From: Camelus dromedarius
Lineage: Eukaryota
Reading direction: 5' to 3'
Length of the DNA: 64,000 nt
Assembly: GCF_036321535.1 (NCBI RefSeq)
Contig: NC_087436.1
Span: 89,468,001-89,532,000, forward strand
Shown: piece after piece, positions 39,373 to 52,018 of the stretch
Layout of the letters: every line of letters begins with the position of its first letter
Position numbering within the stretch: the stretch's first letter is position 1
Translations under genes and position numbers: made by a program
Notes under the pieces: generated by a model
What the model was told of the DNA's origin: nothing
Databases searched by the model: none
What the model saw: the letters and a program-made list of their open reading frames with translations, nothing else

Positions 39373-39436
39373 TTTTAAGGAAATTTTTTTTTTAATTGAA
39401 GTACAGTCAGTTACAATGTGTCAGTTTCTGGTGTAT
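39373..39436 (-). mobile_element. ultra-truncated L1 3' tip
   Basis: Poly(T) plus aattgaagtacagtcagttacaatgtgtcagtttctggtgta, flanked by 12-bp TSD gattagtatctt (39361-39372 / 39437-39448). Confidence 0.85.
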
Positions 39437-40211
39437 GATTAGTATCTTAATTGTGACTCAAACCAATGAGGCACAGGAAGCATCCCTACAAGAGAGTGCA
39501 GAGGATGCAGCCTTCACGAGATATGGAAAGTTTACTCCCCAAATAGTCTAAGAAAGTAAGGAACTTCATTGTACAGATGGACACAGTGAAGGTTGAAATG
39601 AGGTCCTGTATAGGCTGGGACCCCTTATGACAAATTGCCCTGAGAGCTGGCACACCCAAAGGGACTGCTCAAAATCCCAGTCTATTCAACTGGCTGCCAA
39701 ATGTTCACCTTATGTGTACCTTCTAGATGGGAGAGACCAAGCTCTCAAAACACAAAACAAACAGCCTAAGAAAATCAGGTAGAACATTTACATCTCAAAG
39801 GCACAGGGAGAGAAACGCAAGCCCTCCTAGAAAGGTTTTTGTTCCTTTAAGCTCAGAATTCTGAAAAGATATTTTATCAAGCCAACTTTCTCTAACCGTG
39901 TACAGAAAAACCAGTTAGGGAATGTGAAAAGAGTCCTATCTTGGCCACATTTAAGGCGGGATTTCCTTATTTCTCAATTAAGTAAGTATTTGCAAATATG
40001 TTTTGTACATATCATACATGAATCTGGCGAGGGTGTTAGTTGGAAGCTGGCTTTTTGCTGCTCCTCATTTAAGAAAGATGTTAGGCCAGCTTCCTACCTA
40101 ATTACCCAGTCCTGCCACATAGTGTCTTTCAACTGAGTAAATCCCAGTATCTTTCAACTGTGGCATTTTTACCCAGTTTCTTTCAACTGGAGGGCACTCC
40201 TCAGTATCTTT

Positions 40212-40770
40212 ATTTTTATTTTTATTATTTTTTAACATTTTTTATTGAGTTATAGTCATTTTACAATGTTGTGTCAAATTCCAGTGTAGAGCACAATTTT
40301 TCAGTTATACACAAACATACATACATTCATTGTCACATTCTTTTCTCTGTGAACTACCATAAGATCTTGTGTATATTTCCCTGTGCTATACAGTATAATC
40401 TTATTTATCTGTTCTACATTTTGAAATCCCAATGTCCCTTCCTACCTCTCGCCCCCTTGGCAACCACAAGTTTGTATTCTATGTCTATGAGTCCGTTTCT
40501 GTTTAGTATTTATTTTTTTTTTTTTTTTTAGATTCCACGTATGAGCGATCTCATATGGTATTTTTCTTTCTCATTCTGGCTTACTTCACTTAGAATGACA
40601 TTCTCCAGGAACATCCATGTTGCTGCAAATGGCATTGTTTTTGGTTTTTATGGCTGAATAGTATTCCATTGTATAAATATACAACATCTTCTTTATCCAG
40701 TCATCTGTTGATGGACATTTAGGCTGTTTCCATGTCTTGGCTATTGTAAATAGTGCTGCTATGAACATTG
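40212..40770 (-). mobile_element. 5'-truncated L1 with TSD
   Basis: ORF2 end MFIAALFTIAKTWKQPKCPSTDDWIKKMLYIYTMEYYSAIK. Perfect TSD actcctcagtatcttt (40196-40211 / 40771-40786). Confidence 0.93.
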
Positions 40771-41011
40771 ACTCCTCAGTATCTTTAAATTGGGTAAATC
40801 TTCTGTGTCTCTCAACTGAAGAGTCAGGTATCTTTTTATTCATAACCAGGTAAAACTTGGGATCATCAGCCTATGGTAGAAGATCTAACACAGGAGATAT
40901 TTGCCCAATCATCTGGACTCACTGAGGAGGTAGACTTGCACAAGTGACCCTTGCTGGTACCAAGGCTCTGGATCCTCAAAGAAGTCAGGCAAAGGAGAGA
41001 AGTCTGCTCTA

Positions 41012-41031
41012 GTTCCCTTCATAATCGCCCA
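41012..41031 (-). promoter_or_regulatory. decayed primer binding site (tRNA-Arg-like)
   Basis: Minus strand TGGGCGATTATGAAGGGAAC, 3 nt from the LTR end, resembles TGGCGACCACGAAGGGAC, the complement of a tRNA-Arg(TCG) 3' end. Confidence 0.65.
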
Positions 41032-41034
41032 AAC

Positions 41035-41505
41035 TGTTGACTGAAATAAAAACACACAATATAAAAGTTATGAGTTAAATTTTATTCAAAGACTTTGTTA
41101 AGGACTATAGCCCAGAAGATAGCTTCTTAGATAGCTTTGAGGGGCTGCTCCTAAGAGGTAAGGGAGGAGCCAGGATACATATGAACTTTTTTTTTCTGGG
41201 AAAAACCTGTAGTCAAGCATAAAAAGATTATTGCTAATCACAAAGAACAGACATCCTGAATTAATGATTTTAGTGCTTTCCTATACGTGGAAAGATGGAA
41301 GAGTATGGGGTCATTGAAATTTTTCCTTGAATGTGTATCTTAACTATCTAGAAACCAGCATATCCAAAGCACAGAATGCTTCCTGTTATTCTCCACCCTG
41401 AACTTCCCTCAGGGTGCACTGTTGGTGGCAACTGCAGTGTCTGATGGCTTGATCCTTGTAGAAGTGGAATGGCATGGCGGGCAACATTTTTTTTTCTTCT
41501 TTACA
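41035..41505 (-). repeat. 5' LTR of the provirus
   Basis: tgttgactgaaataaaaac...ctttaca. On the minus strand it is followed by the PBS. Confidence 0.85.
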
Positions 41506-41820
41506 AAACAAATTTGTGAAGAATTGACAAGACAAAAGAAGTCTGAGCCTGGGGTAGGAAATTAGTGAGGTAGAAACAAGTTTTGTTTATATAGCCTCCT
41601 TGGCTTTGAATTCCCTATCTCTGGTGATTAGGGCGTCTCTCTATCTCCTAGTTCAGGGAGCATACCTTTCTTATGGGAGATTTATTTCCTGCTTTCAGGG
41701 GGGACAGAGAGTCAGAATGTCTTTCTTGCACTTGCTGTTTTTTAAGTAACTTTAATAAATTCAAAATAATCAATATGCCAAAGTGGCATATTTTGGGGTA
41801 GACTGACCTGAACCTCATCA
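41506..41820 (-). mobile_element. outer ERV1 solo LTR, right part
   Basis: aaatttgtgaagaattgac...aaaataatcaatatgccaaagtggcatattttgggg...catca is a typical MER34/MER4-group LTR terminus with a 9-bp inverted repeat. Confidence 0.65.
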
Positions 41821-44800
41821 TTTGAGAGGGGATGATAACGGGCTGTTTTCTAAATTAGTGTCTTCTAGGGGGCAAATAACTACTTTGTTTCTTAGCAGAA
41901 GTCCAAGTGGTATTTTTCTGCTCAGCATTTTCCTGATATAGAGAGAAAGAATCCCAACCAAGGTGGTGTTAAATTAATCTTTTTTACATGGATAAAAATG
42001 AGAAGAAATCTGAGGAGATATTACCTCCTCTTCAGTCTAAAGACCTGAGACGAATGTTGGTAGGGGGAGGCAGGGAGAAGGGAGTTGGAAACTTAATTTT
42101 ACGAAAAAGCTAGCAGTTCATGTCAGGGCGCACAGCTTGAATGACCTGTATTTCCAGACAGTTGCCCCTGTCTTGACCCTGTTTGTTTCTGGTTCTGTTG
42201 TCTGCGCCCCTGAGGTGAGGCTAAGGACAAAGGACAATTGGGAAGCCAGCCATGGCCCACAAAATAAGCCCTCAATTGTCATTTTAATGGGTCTACCATT
42301 TCACCTTAATTTAATTTCCCTACCTCCAAGAATATATCTTGTTTTGTAGGTTCACAAGCTGACACATCATCCAGAGAGACTATTTATTTTCCCTATCTTC
42401 TTCACACAAATGCTGAGATTATTCTTGCAGCAGTAATCAAGATCTTCTGTCTTTGGGTTGCAAAGAAAATGCATTCAACTGTACTTGAAAGAGAAAATTG
42501 AAATTCGGCAACAGATAATAAAGCACATTCTCCTTCTTTTTCAATTCTGTCCGCTCATGTCAGCTGAACTGCATTAATAAAAGCAAAAGGCGCCTGTTGC
42601 TTGCTATTGGCAAAAAATACAATATTCAGTTGCCCAAAACTATGTATTAGGTATGTTGCGGATTACTCCCATTATAGAACCTTGTGCTTTTAGTTTTTTT
42701 TTTTTTTTTTTTTTTGGTCAGTGCTAGCATGATACAAAATGAACCGGGAAAACAGTCCCTCAAGGGAGGTTTTCCCACTATCTGTAATAGCAGAGCTGCT
42801 GTGAATCTCAGAAGAATGATCAAATCTCAAGTATGATTGCCTTGCCTATCTGCCTGCTGTAACTTTTTTATATTACTAATGTAATTATTTTAGGAAACAA
42901 TCCTGTAGATTTATTAGCCTGCTTAACACTAGCTTTAATTATTTATTGCATTTATTGGGTATGCAAGTCATGAAATTGCCACTGGGTACGTTTACCAATA
43001 GCCCAACCACCACAGTGATAAAAGACATCCAAAAATAAAAGTAGGTTGGTACCTCTGAGATAGAGATTTCCATAAACAAAAGGCGTACTGCAGATTTTTC
43101 TTTTTCCCCTTAAGACAATCTCATGAGCATGTCGATTGTGAAACCATAGTCAAGTTTACAGAAATGCATGAGTAAGGACAAAATAAAAGTTCATACTCAT
43201 ACACATTCAATAAATAATTCTTTTTAGCCAGCCCTATAACAGGAGGCCAATGGCACAAGTCTAGGCAAAATTTTGAAATAGGAGTAGTTTAACTTGAGCT
43301 GCCTCTAGACTCCTCTTTATGTTCCTAGTATTATCTCCTTCTCTAGAAGCCTCATTGATTTTCTTTCCCCTCCAAAATTATTTGTTCTCAAGAGGAGATG
43401 AAATTCATTCACACTGATGTTTGAATGATGTAGGTGGTTCTTTGAGACCAAGCAGCCCTAGCTTTAAATGCACTTTGCATTGTTTTCCAGCTATGTGATT
43501 TTAACGAATACTTTTACCTCAAGGAGATAAGGTTTTGGTGCAGATTGGAGCTTATGCAATTTGGGGAGCTCTTTTTTGAAAAATACAAAACTCTATACAT
43601 TTATGTAGGAAAGTGAATATTTATAATTACACATTAAAAATGGCAAATACAAAAAAATTCAGAAAAATAAATTTAACTAGGCATTCACCAACCATATTCA
43701 TCCATAAAAATTTTTCCACAACAACAATAAGAAAACCGTACCAAAATAACTTGTGGTCTGGGAATACAATGACCTATTCTGGTTCTTTGATTTCTCTCCT
43801 TCTAAGGAGTCATTTTTTTTTTCTAATAATGATAATTGATATGGGGAAGAAGGGCAAAGTTTGGGATGAGTCAGGCACTATTGAGTAAATCACCTCTTCA
43901 AGTGCACTAAGCTCTGCCTTCCATATAAATGGATGGCAAGTCCCCAAAGTAATTCCTATGCAAGGAATGCCTGTCCTTGTGGGCCTTAGTTCCTGTATCA
44001 CGGCCAAGCCAATAAACACCTCTTGTAAGATTCATCCTAAGTTCCATCAAGGATAATAGAAATGATGATACATAACAGTGATTTAAAAGATTCCCACTTA
44101 TACTGTTTACCTATATTAACTCATGTGACATTCCTGATAGACTTACCCCACTAATATTACGAAAAATACTGGTGAAGTTCAATAGCATGTGTGATACTGC
44201 TTTTCTTTTCTTTAGGCTATATTGTAATCTATAACAGCAATATCAGTAGTCCCTGTAGTTAATATCAAAGTCAGAGAGACTCACAGGCTACTGGAGTTAG
44301 CAAGAGGGAGTCCTTGACCCTGCTGGGAGGAAAGGTGTTCTTTCCTTTGACACTGATGCATTAAGTAGGCTGTTCTTTGGAACCTTTGGGTTATACTCGA
44401 TTATAGTCCTTAGTATTTGCCTCTCCTGAAGGATGCCCAGCAATAGCTAAAAATAAATTTAACTGAATAGGGTGAAAGAGTAAGGAAATAAACGAATACA
44501 TAAGAAGTCTGTTGGCACAGAGCTGGAACAAAAGAAACCTACTTACGTCTGAGATTCGTTTTCTCTTCACTGCATCAGAATAACATGCCTGCAATTTAAT
44601 TTGATTTTACAATGCTCACAATCAAGCTTGGCTTTCAGGATGTGTTATTCTGAAAAATCTGTGGTCTCTTCAGCTTGTGCTGAATCCAGTGTCCTTCCCT
44701 AGTAATTCAGGCTGGAGGAGAAGAGGAAGAAGCAAGAGTGTGCTCAGGGCTAAACAAACTAGTCAGTAATGGGAAAGCACAGTATTCACTAGTCTACTAG

Positions 44801-44917
44801 ATTTCAAAGGTATGGGGAGAACAAATTTGATATAAGCTAATGTCTTTTCTTCAGGGCTCTGAGATCAGAGATAAGGAAAGTTTACATAGTTGTGCCATTC
44901 AAAGTGCATTCTCCTAG

Positions 44918-45050
44918 GTGGGAGGGTATAGCTTAATGGTAGTGCGTGTGCTTAGCATGTACAAGATCCTGGATCGATCCCTAGTACTTCCATTAAAATA
45001 AATAAATAATCATAATAACCTCCCCCACAAAAAAAATTAACAAAAAAAGC
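44918..45050 (+). mobile_element. tRNA-Ala-derived SINE (camelid vic-1-like)
   Basis: ggagggtatagcttaatggtagtgcgtgtgcttagcatgtacaagatcctggatcgatccctagtacttcca (A/B boxes) plus A-rich tail. 17-bp TSD aaagtgcattctcctag / aaagtacatccccctag (3 mismatches). Confidence 0.88.
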
Positions 45051-45069
45051 AAAGTACATCCCCCTAGAC

Positions 45070-46180
45070 ACTTTGTTCAGTTGGCTCTGGGGGCATCTTT
45101 CTCCTGATTTCCTCCTTGTCTCATTGCTGCTCCCTTTCAACCCTCTCTGTTGGCTCCTCTTCCTCTTCTAACTTTAAATATTGAGATGTTCCAGGACTCT
45201 GTCCCTGGACCTCTTCTCTTCTTTAGAAACATTCCCTCTCTAGGTGATCTTTTAATTACCACCCTGACACTGAAGGCTCCTCAGGTTCTATCTCTGGCCT
45301 AAATCCTTCCCCTGAACTTCAGACCCATATCCAACTGTCTGCTTAAACCTAACATATCCAAACTTGAATCCTTGATTTTTTTTTCCTACCGAGTCCATCT
45401 CTCCCATGGTGTTTCCCTTCAAGTAAATGATAACATCTAGTTGCTCAGGTCAAACATTTTGTTATCACCCTTGACATCACTCTTCATTTCATATCCCACA
45501 GCAGCAAAACTGTTGGTTCTACCCCTTTGAAATTTATTTTAAATTTGACCACCTCTCCATCTCTATCATTACCTCCTTCATTCAGGCCACCATCATCTGT
45601 AGCCTGGACGCATACTTTACCCTTCCACCCCTTGTGTCTCCTTTTGTCTCCACTTAGCTGTACTTCATGCATAGCCAGAATGATCCATTTAAAATGTAAA
45701 TACGCTATTACCCTCTGCGTAACACCCTCACATGCATTCCTATCACACTCTATTAAATAAAAAATCCTTATTCTGGCCCAAAGGCCTTACATTATCTGCC
45801 TCCAGACTTACTAGTTTCTATCCTTACGTGCTGTTCTCCATCTGCTCCGTTACTCCGTGCTGGAAGGACTTTACCTCAGAGTCTTTGCGCTTGCTGTTCC
45901 CTCTTTCCAGAATGATCTTCATCCAATGTCCATGTGGTTTGCTCTTTTATTCATTTGAGTCTTTTTCAGCTTGTCAGAGAAAATTTCACAGCCTGTCCTG
46001 CTCAAAGCATTTCCCTGCTTTATTTTTTCTTTACATCTTTCTTTATTGCCTACATCTCCCAGTAGAATGTAAGATCTACATGGAAGGAGACGTGGTCTGA
46101 TTTGTCTTCTTTGACAAGCCCAGAGTCAATGCCCTGGCATAGTGTAGACATTGAGTAAATATTTAGGCAGTGAATGAATG
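45070..46180 (+). mobile_element. L2 3' portion
   Basis: ctgaacttcagacccatatccaactgtctgc, tagttgctcaggtcaaac, and a 3' end gcctggcatagtgtagacattgagtaaatattt...tgaatgaatg. Confidence 0.8.
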
Positions 46181-49100
46181 TGGCATCATTAATGTTGTAG
46201 GGGCACCATTTGCTTTAGAGCAGCATCCTTTCTGCTGGGACAGCTAAAGGGAGGATATCAATAGTCAAATCCATTATAGTTCCCAGGCAGCTGCCAGACC
46301 TGGCTTTAGTAGCTAATCTGTTCTGGAACAGAAGCCAAATGCTTGTGATTATGGAAACACAGCATTTACTAAGGAAGGCCTAGACTTAGGCTACATTTCT
46401 GCTCAGACACAGCCAAGTAACGTAAAGCGTCAGGACTCATTCCAGATTCTACTTAGTAGGGGCTTAAGTCTGCTGTCCCACCACCTTCAGCTGGATCTAA
46501 ATTTCTGGAGCAGGGCTCAGCTGGCCGTGCTGGTTAGAGGTGTCAGAGCTTAGGTGAATTTCATAGCATTCAAGCTGCTGGCACTTACTCCTTTGTATAA
46601 ATCATTTTTTCCCTTAACATAGACTAGAATAATGAGGAAACATTGGAAAAAGAATTGTAGAAAAAAGCAGAAAAGTAATTATTCAAAATTCCGCTCCTCA
46701 GAAACAACCGTTGCTAATTTTGATGCATTTTTTTTATTAGTTTTATTTTAATACATGTGTGTGCATGTGCAGATTTACACAGTTGGGGTAAGCCAATACT
46801 TTTGAGCACTATTTTTTCTTCATAGCCCTTTGTTCCTGTCCTAATAATCTTAATAAAAATGTGAGTTTGACTTTCTGTCCTCATTGTGAACTATTCCTCA
46901 GAAGGCATTCCTTTCACATGAAGTTAGACTTCACTCTCCATGTTGCCATCATCCTGTGCTGAATGTACGTTAGACATTTTGTCCTATCTGTCTAGTCTCT
47001 CTGCCTCAGAGGTAATGCCCATGGTAGGCTGCTAAGACACATCACAGTAATACTGTAAAACAGAATTCAGTCAGTGAAAACAAGAGAGTGAAGTATGTGA
47101 GAGGGTCCCTGACCTGAAGGAGTCAAGTAGTGAGTACTGTGGCGGCAGGCCTGGTGGATCCAGGGAAGAGTTGAATACTAAGACCATTTGTGACAGAACA
47201 AAATCCAGGGAGCAGGTGGCGGCAGGTCTAATAGGACCAGACGTCTAGATCCAAGGCCAGACCTAACAAAGAAGAGAGTCTGAGCCAGAGAGAATGCAGA
47301 TAATAGCATAGTGGATGATGAAAGTGTGGAGACTTAACAGGGTGGCTTAACTAGTTCTACCAAATAGCTCTTTCTCCTTGGGTTTGTTTAATTAATTAAT
47401 ACATGATCATTATAGGAACACTAGAAAGTGCAGAGCAGTAGCTGTCTGCTTGACTTAAATATCTTTTGGTGCTTGCTTTGTGGTGGTAGTGGTAGCTAGG
47501 ATGGAGATTAAGAGAAGGGATAGAATTGGGAATTGGAGGAAGTATAGTCAAGAGGCGAATAGGAAGACTCATCATTGCAGTATAATCATTCAAGAAAAGG
47601 TGTAGTAATCTGTCATCTTTAGAAATTTGGTAACCTGTCCATCACTGTTATTTGACTTGTTATGTATTACTTTTGTGGCTTGAATCAAATCTATAATTTT
47701 TAAAAACACTTAAATTCATAAATTGGCATTAACAAACTGGAAATAGACCAGGTTTTAATTGCTGCTCATTTCCTATAATCCTTAAAGAATTCATTGAAGT
47801 CTTGGTGAAACGCAATGTCTAATACCTGAAGGCACCCCTCTGTGATACCAAAGTCTTTGCCTCAAAGGAAAGCGATGAGTCATTGTGACCCCTTCTAAGG
47901 GACACCACTTTGCTGCTCCCATTGTGCTCCAAATACACAGTACCCAGCATGTGAGTTACTGCTTATCAGGGAAGTTCTGATCGTCACTGTGAAATGTTGT
48001 TCTCCACACGACTCAAAAGTCATTAAAAGTGGTGTCAGCACAGCAAGCAGGCCTTCCGTTTTGGAACATCGATGCCTTTAGCAGGGGTTGGCAGCCTACT
48101 GGTTCTGGCCTGATTAATAGTTCCAGGTAGGAGTGAGGCATGTCCAGGAAGTGGCAAAGGAATCCCCGGACCAGGCCAAGTCCTGCTTTTGTTTTAATTC
48201 TCCAAGTAGCCTTGAGGGTGCAGAGGCTAAATCTGCTCATATGAGGAGATTAGGGAAGAGTTAGGTAGTAAGACTGCTCGCCTGCTTGATAGGAATTGTC
48301 AAACAAGACTTGATTGTCTTATATCTGTCTGAGATACTTAACCTTGTAAAGTAGGTCTGCATACATGATCTTAGATGAAACCTCTGAACCCTAGGTAGTA
48401 GGCAGTATATAGATAAAGGACGTAAGGCAGCCTCTTCTCACAGATGTCAAACTGGCTGAGGCCAGAATGAAATGTTGTTTCTTAAATTCTTTCTTTCTTT
48501 TCTTTTTCTTTCTTTTTTTTTTTTCTTTTTTGTTTTTGCTAATACCCTTGGGCTAGGAGGACATATTATCTTTCTTTGGAAATTCCCATGAAAATCTACC
48601 CAGTGCTTCTCAGCAAAACATGAATAAAATGAAACAAAGATTCTAGAAAGAAGAGGTGAGATTCACTCCTTCCCTCCCTCTGTCTCTCCCATCCTCCCTC
48701 CTTCCCTTTCGGTTTGATTTGTATTAAATCGTCCTAAACTGAGGTACACTTAATGACTCATGCCTCTTGTTAGAGTTGTAATGCTAATTGTTTTTTTTAA
48801 AAAGCCAATTACATTTTCATGTTGCTGAGAAGATTTCTGCCTAGAGTATAAAACACCTGCTTGTAATTTTTTTTCCACACCAATTAACAGGTCTGTCCAG
48901 TAGGTGGACTCCTTCATGTACACAGAGGGGTTTTCTTTTTCTTTTAATCAGGTGTTCCTTAAATCTGTGAAAAGCCATTTCCTCATATTGAACTTTTGGT
49001 TTCACCAATTTATTTTCTGAAAGGCTGAAAATAGATTCTGGTATGCTGCCTATTCCTGTTTGAGAAATAATTTCATCTTTAGTTATTTTTTCTTTCCTTT

Positions 49101-50504
49101 TATTTCATTTTTGTTTTAGTTTATATCTTGACTTTTTAATTTGTAAATCTGGGCTCCTTTGCAATAACTAAATTTACTATCTGCATTGGATTCTTTTAAA
49201 ATAAATTGCATTTCTGTGCTTATATTTATCACAATATACAAATTAGTGAATAATTATGATTAATATATACTGATACCAAGGACTAATAATTACGTTTGTG
49301 TGAGAATAAATCTGTTTATAGTCTTCATAGTTGTTTTCTTCACATTGTTCTGGAGTAAATGTCTTTTTGTAATGCATTTTCCAACAAGGAATCTGGCACA
49401 TGAGTCATTTTTAAGCCAGTCCCTGCAACTTATACTAGCTCCCACCCCGAGGCTCACCTGAAGTCAGGTGTCTTTGGAAATTTTTCTGTGGCCACTGGGA
49501 CAAGTGCAGATTCTCATTCTAGGTTATAAGTCTTTCTTTGTCCCTAAATTTTTACTTTTCACTCCTATTCTTTGAAAATCTTATCTTACCATGTGATTAC
49601 AGACATTGAGACATTGTCTGCATGGAGAAAATTCCAGTAGTTGATTCAATACATTTATTCCAACATGAGAAAGAAATCTCTTGACCTGGAAACCCAATTT
49701 AGGAAAAGCCTCATTTAGGTAACCTTTGAGTGCTTTTTCTATGTGACTGAGCCAATGATGAAAACATATGACCCGAAACCAAATTTCTCTAACAATTCAT
49801 TGCCTTCTTGTATATTACAAGTTCCACCTCCAGTGGAAGTTTTAAATGTCAAAGATAAGTTAAAAAAAAAAAAAGACAATGTCTTTCCTATACCATAAAG
49901 GACAATTTTGGTGTTTTTATTCTAGATTGTAAATTTGTTGAAGAAAAGAGTCGTATCTTATTCATCTTTATATTTATCCTAATATCTGATATCAAACATG
50001 GAGGCATAGCTGAACAGAATGTATTCTATTACTTCAAAAATGGAAATAACTTGGATTAGAACCTTCTATTAAGTAGAATAATTAAGGATGTCACTATAGA
50101 ACAGAAATTTTTTTAAAAACCCACACACAGATATTTAAGACAGGCAGATATGGTTTTGAATCATGACTCCTTTTGCTAGCTGTCTGACCCTGCACGAGTC
50201 ATTGAACCTTTTGGAGCTTCTGGTTTCTCAGTTTCTAAAATGGGAATAATAATACCTAGAAATATTTGGGGACAAGATATTATATAATTTATCCAGTAGT
50301 ATGTTATGAAAAATGAAGACTCAAACCCAGGTCTTCTGATTTCTTCTGCATAACATTGAAATTGTCTTTTTATACTTATGAAGGACAGGGGTTAGAAAAC
50401 TCTCCATACTAGTTATGATAATCCTGTCCCAGGATGATATAGGGAGAAGAAAGAAGATAATACTGGAAATTTTATTCTGAAAGCAGATTTAAATTTTGAG
50501 ACCT

Positions 50505-50838
50505 GGCTATGGTCTGAATGTTTGTGTCCCCTCCACATTCATATGTTGAAATCCTAGTGCCTGATGTTAAGGTATTGTGAGGTGGTCCCCCTTAGTGGGG
50601 TGCTAAGGTCATGATGGTGGAGCCTTCATGAATGAGATTAGTGCTTTTATTAAAGAGACTCCACAGAGCTCCCTAGGTCCTTCCACCATATGTGACCAGG
50701 AAGAGAACCCTTTCCAAACTACACTGGCACCCTGGTCTTGGACTTCCAGCCTTCAGAACTGTGAAAAACAGATGTTTATTATTTATAAACCACCTAGTTT
50801 ATAGTGTTCTGTTGTAGCAACCCAAATGGGCTAATATA
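50505..50838 (+). mobile_element. MaLR solo LTR (MLT1A0-like)
   Basis: gctatggtctgaatgtttgtgtcccc...ggacttccagccttcagaactgtga...gtagcaacccaaatgggctaatata. TSD-like gacct/gaccc. Confidence 0.85.
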
Positions 50839-52015
50839 GACCCTGCAAGAATTTTAAACTGATTCAGGCGATGCAAGTAAATGTTTAATATTTTATAAAT
50901 TGGTAGATAAGAATTAGTTTTAGAGAAAAGTTCAGTGTAAAAATGTGTAAAGGTAAGGGATTCTGAAAGGACCAAATCAGAGTGATTTTCTTCTAGAATT
51001 AAAAATTTTAATCCAGATGTGATATCAATTTAATTATACTCAGGATAATTAGTCCTAGCCTTACCTAGGATTCAACTGAGAGTATGAAAATATAATGCAC
51101 CTTGGTGTTCTTTTTTTTTTTTTTTTTTACCAAAATTCTAATGTAGAGATTTTATTTCCATTGCCTATCAAAAATTAAGACGAAACTGACATTATTTTTT
51201 ATAAAATTATAACTTTCAGTATAAGCTACCCAAATGCCCAAATGAAGGATATTTTTAAAATGTCTCTTATCCATTGCAAAATTTATCACAGGTAGTAAGG
51301 AATAGTACAGGTATACAATAATAATGGTTGCAGACAGAAAAAGGGTTAAGAACCAGGGCTATGTGACTGTTCAAGGAAATGGACAGGGTCTACTATTTGA
51401 TTCCTGCTCTTCTCTGCAGGCCTCTGCATCAAAAGGCATTCAAAGGATTGCTTTCTTTTAGGCTTTACCTAATATCCTCTGGGCCTTTGCAAATTTGCAT
51501 GTTATACTGAAAAAACTTCAGCTTACCGGATGTCCTGCTCAAGCTGTGCTGTAAAAGCAAAGGAAGTAGAAGCCCCAGGCCGTCTATCTTTGTCAGGACT
51601 CCTCATGAGATGTTAATGTAAAAGTTTACTAAACTAAAAGTTGAATTACAACCTAGGTTCAATTGGACCCATTAGAATGGTTCATGGTTCAGAGTAATTT
51701 ATGAGATTTATTTATCCATTGGCAGAATTTATAGTGTCATCTAGACCACATACAGGTTGAGTTGAGGAAAGAAATCAATCTTTGTTATCCCTAAGTCTCT
51801 TTTGTCTATGAGTTGTGGCAGGAGTAGTGGTGAATAAAAGCCAAGTAAGCTAGGAATCCATTTTTTTTTTTTTTTAAGAATGATTTGGGGTAAGATATCT
51901 GTTCTCACATAGGTGTTATTTATAACATACAAAGAGTTTAGAAAGAAGAGAACTTTGCTTGTCAAAGATATTTTTGTTATCTTGGGATACATGAATCTAA
52001 AATTCTAGGACTTTC

Positions 52016-52018
<3 letters not shown>

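Larger units (their letters stand above)
34057..41505 (-). mobile_element. non-autonomous ERV1-class provirus (two LTRs plus AT-rich MER4-group-like internal region)
   Basis: Direct repeats 34057-34502 and 41035-41505 (gactgaaataaaaac...ctttaca). PBS adjacent to the right LTR and PPT adjacent to the left LTR. No gag/pol/env ORFs in the ORF track. Confidence 0.85.

Noticed and set aside
40120..40211. CRISPR-like repeat-spacer pattern
   Set aside because: Mammalian DNA, short degenerate units, no cas genes, and it lies in an ERV leader.
44918..44992. tRNA-Ala gene
   Set aside because: Mutated stems, A-rich tail and TSD show it is a SINE.
45484..46100. Overlapping ORFs up to 122 aa
   Set aside because: Lie in decayed L2 sequence with no recognisable protein.
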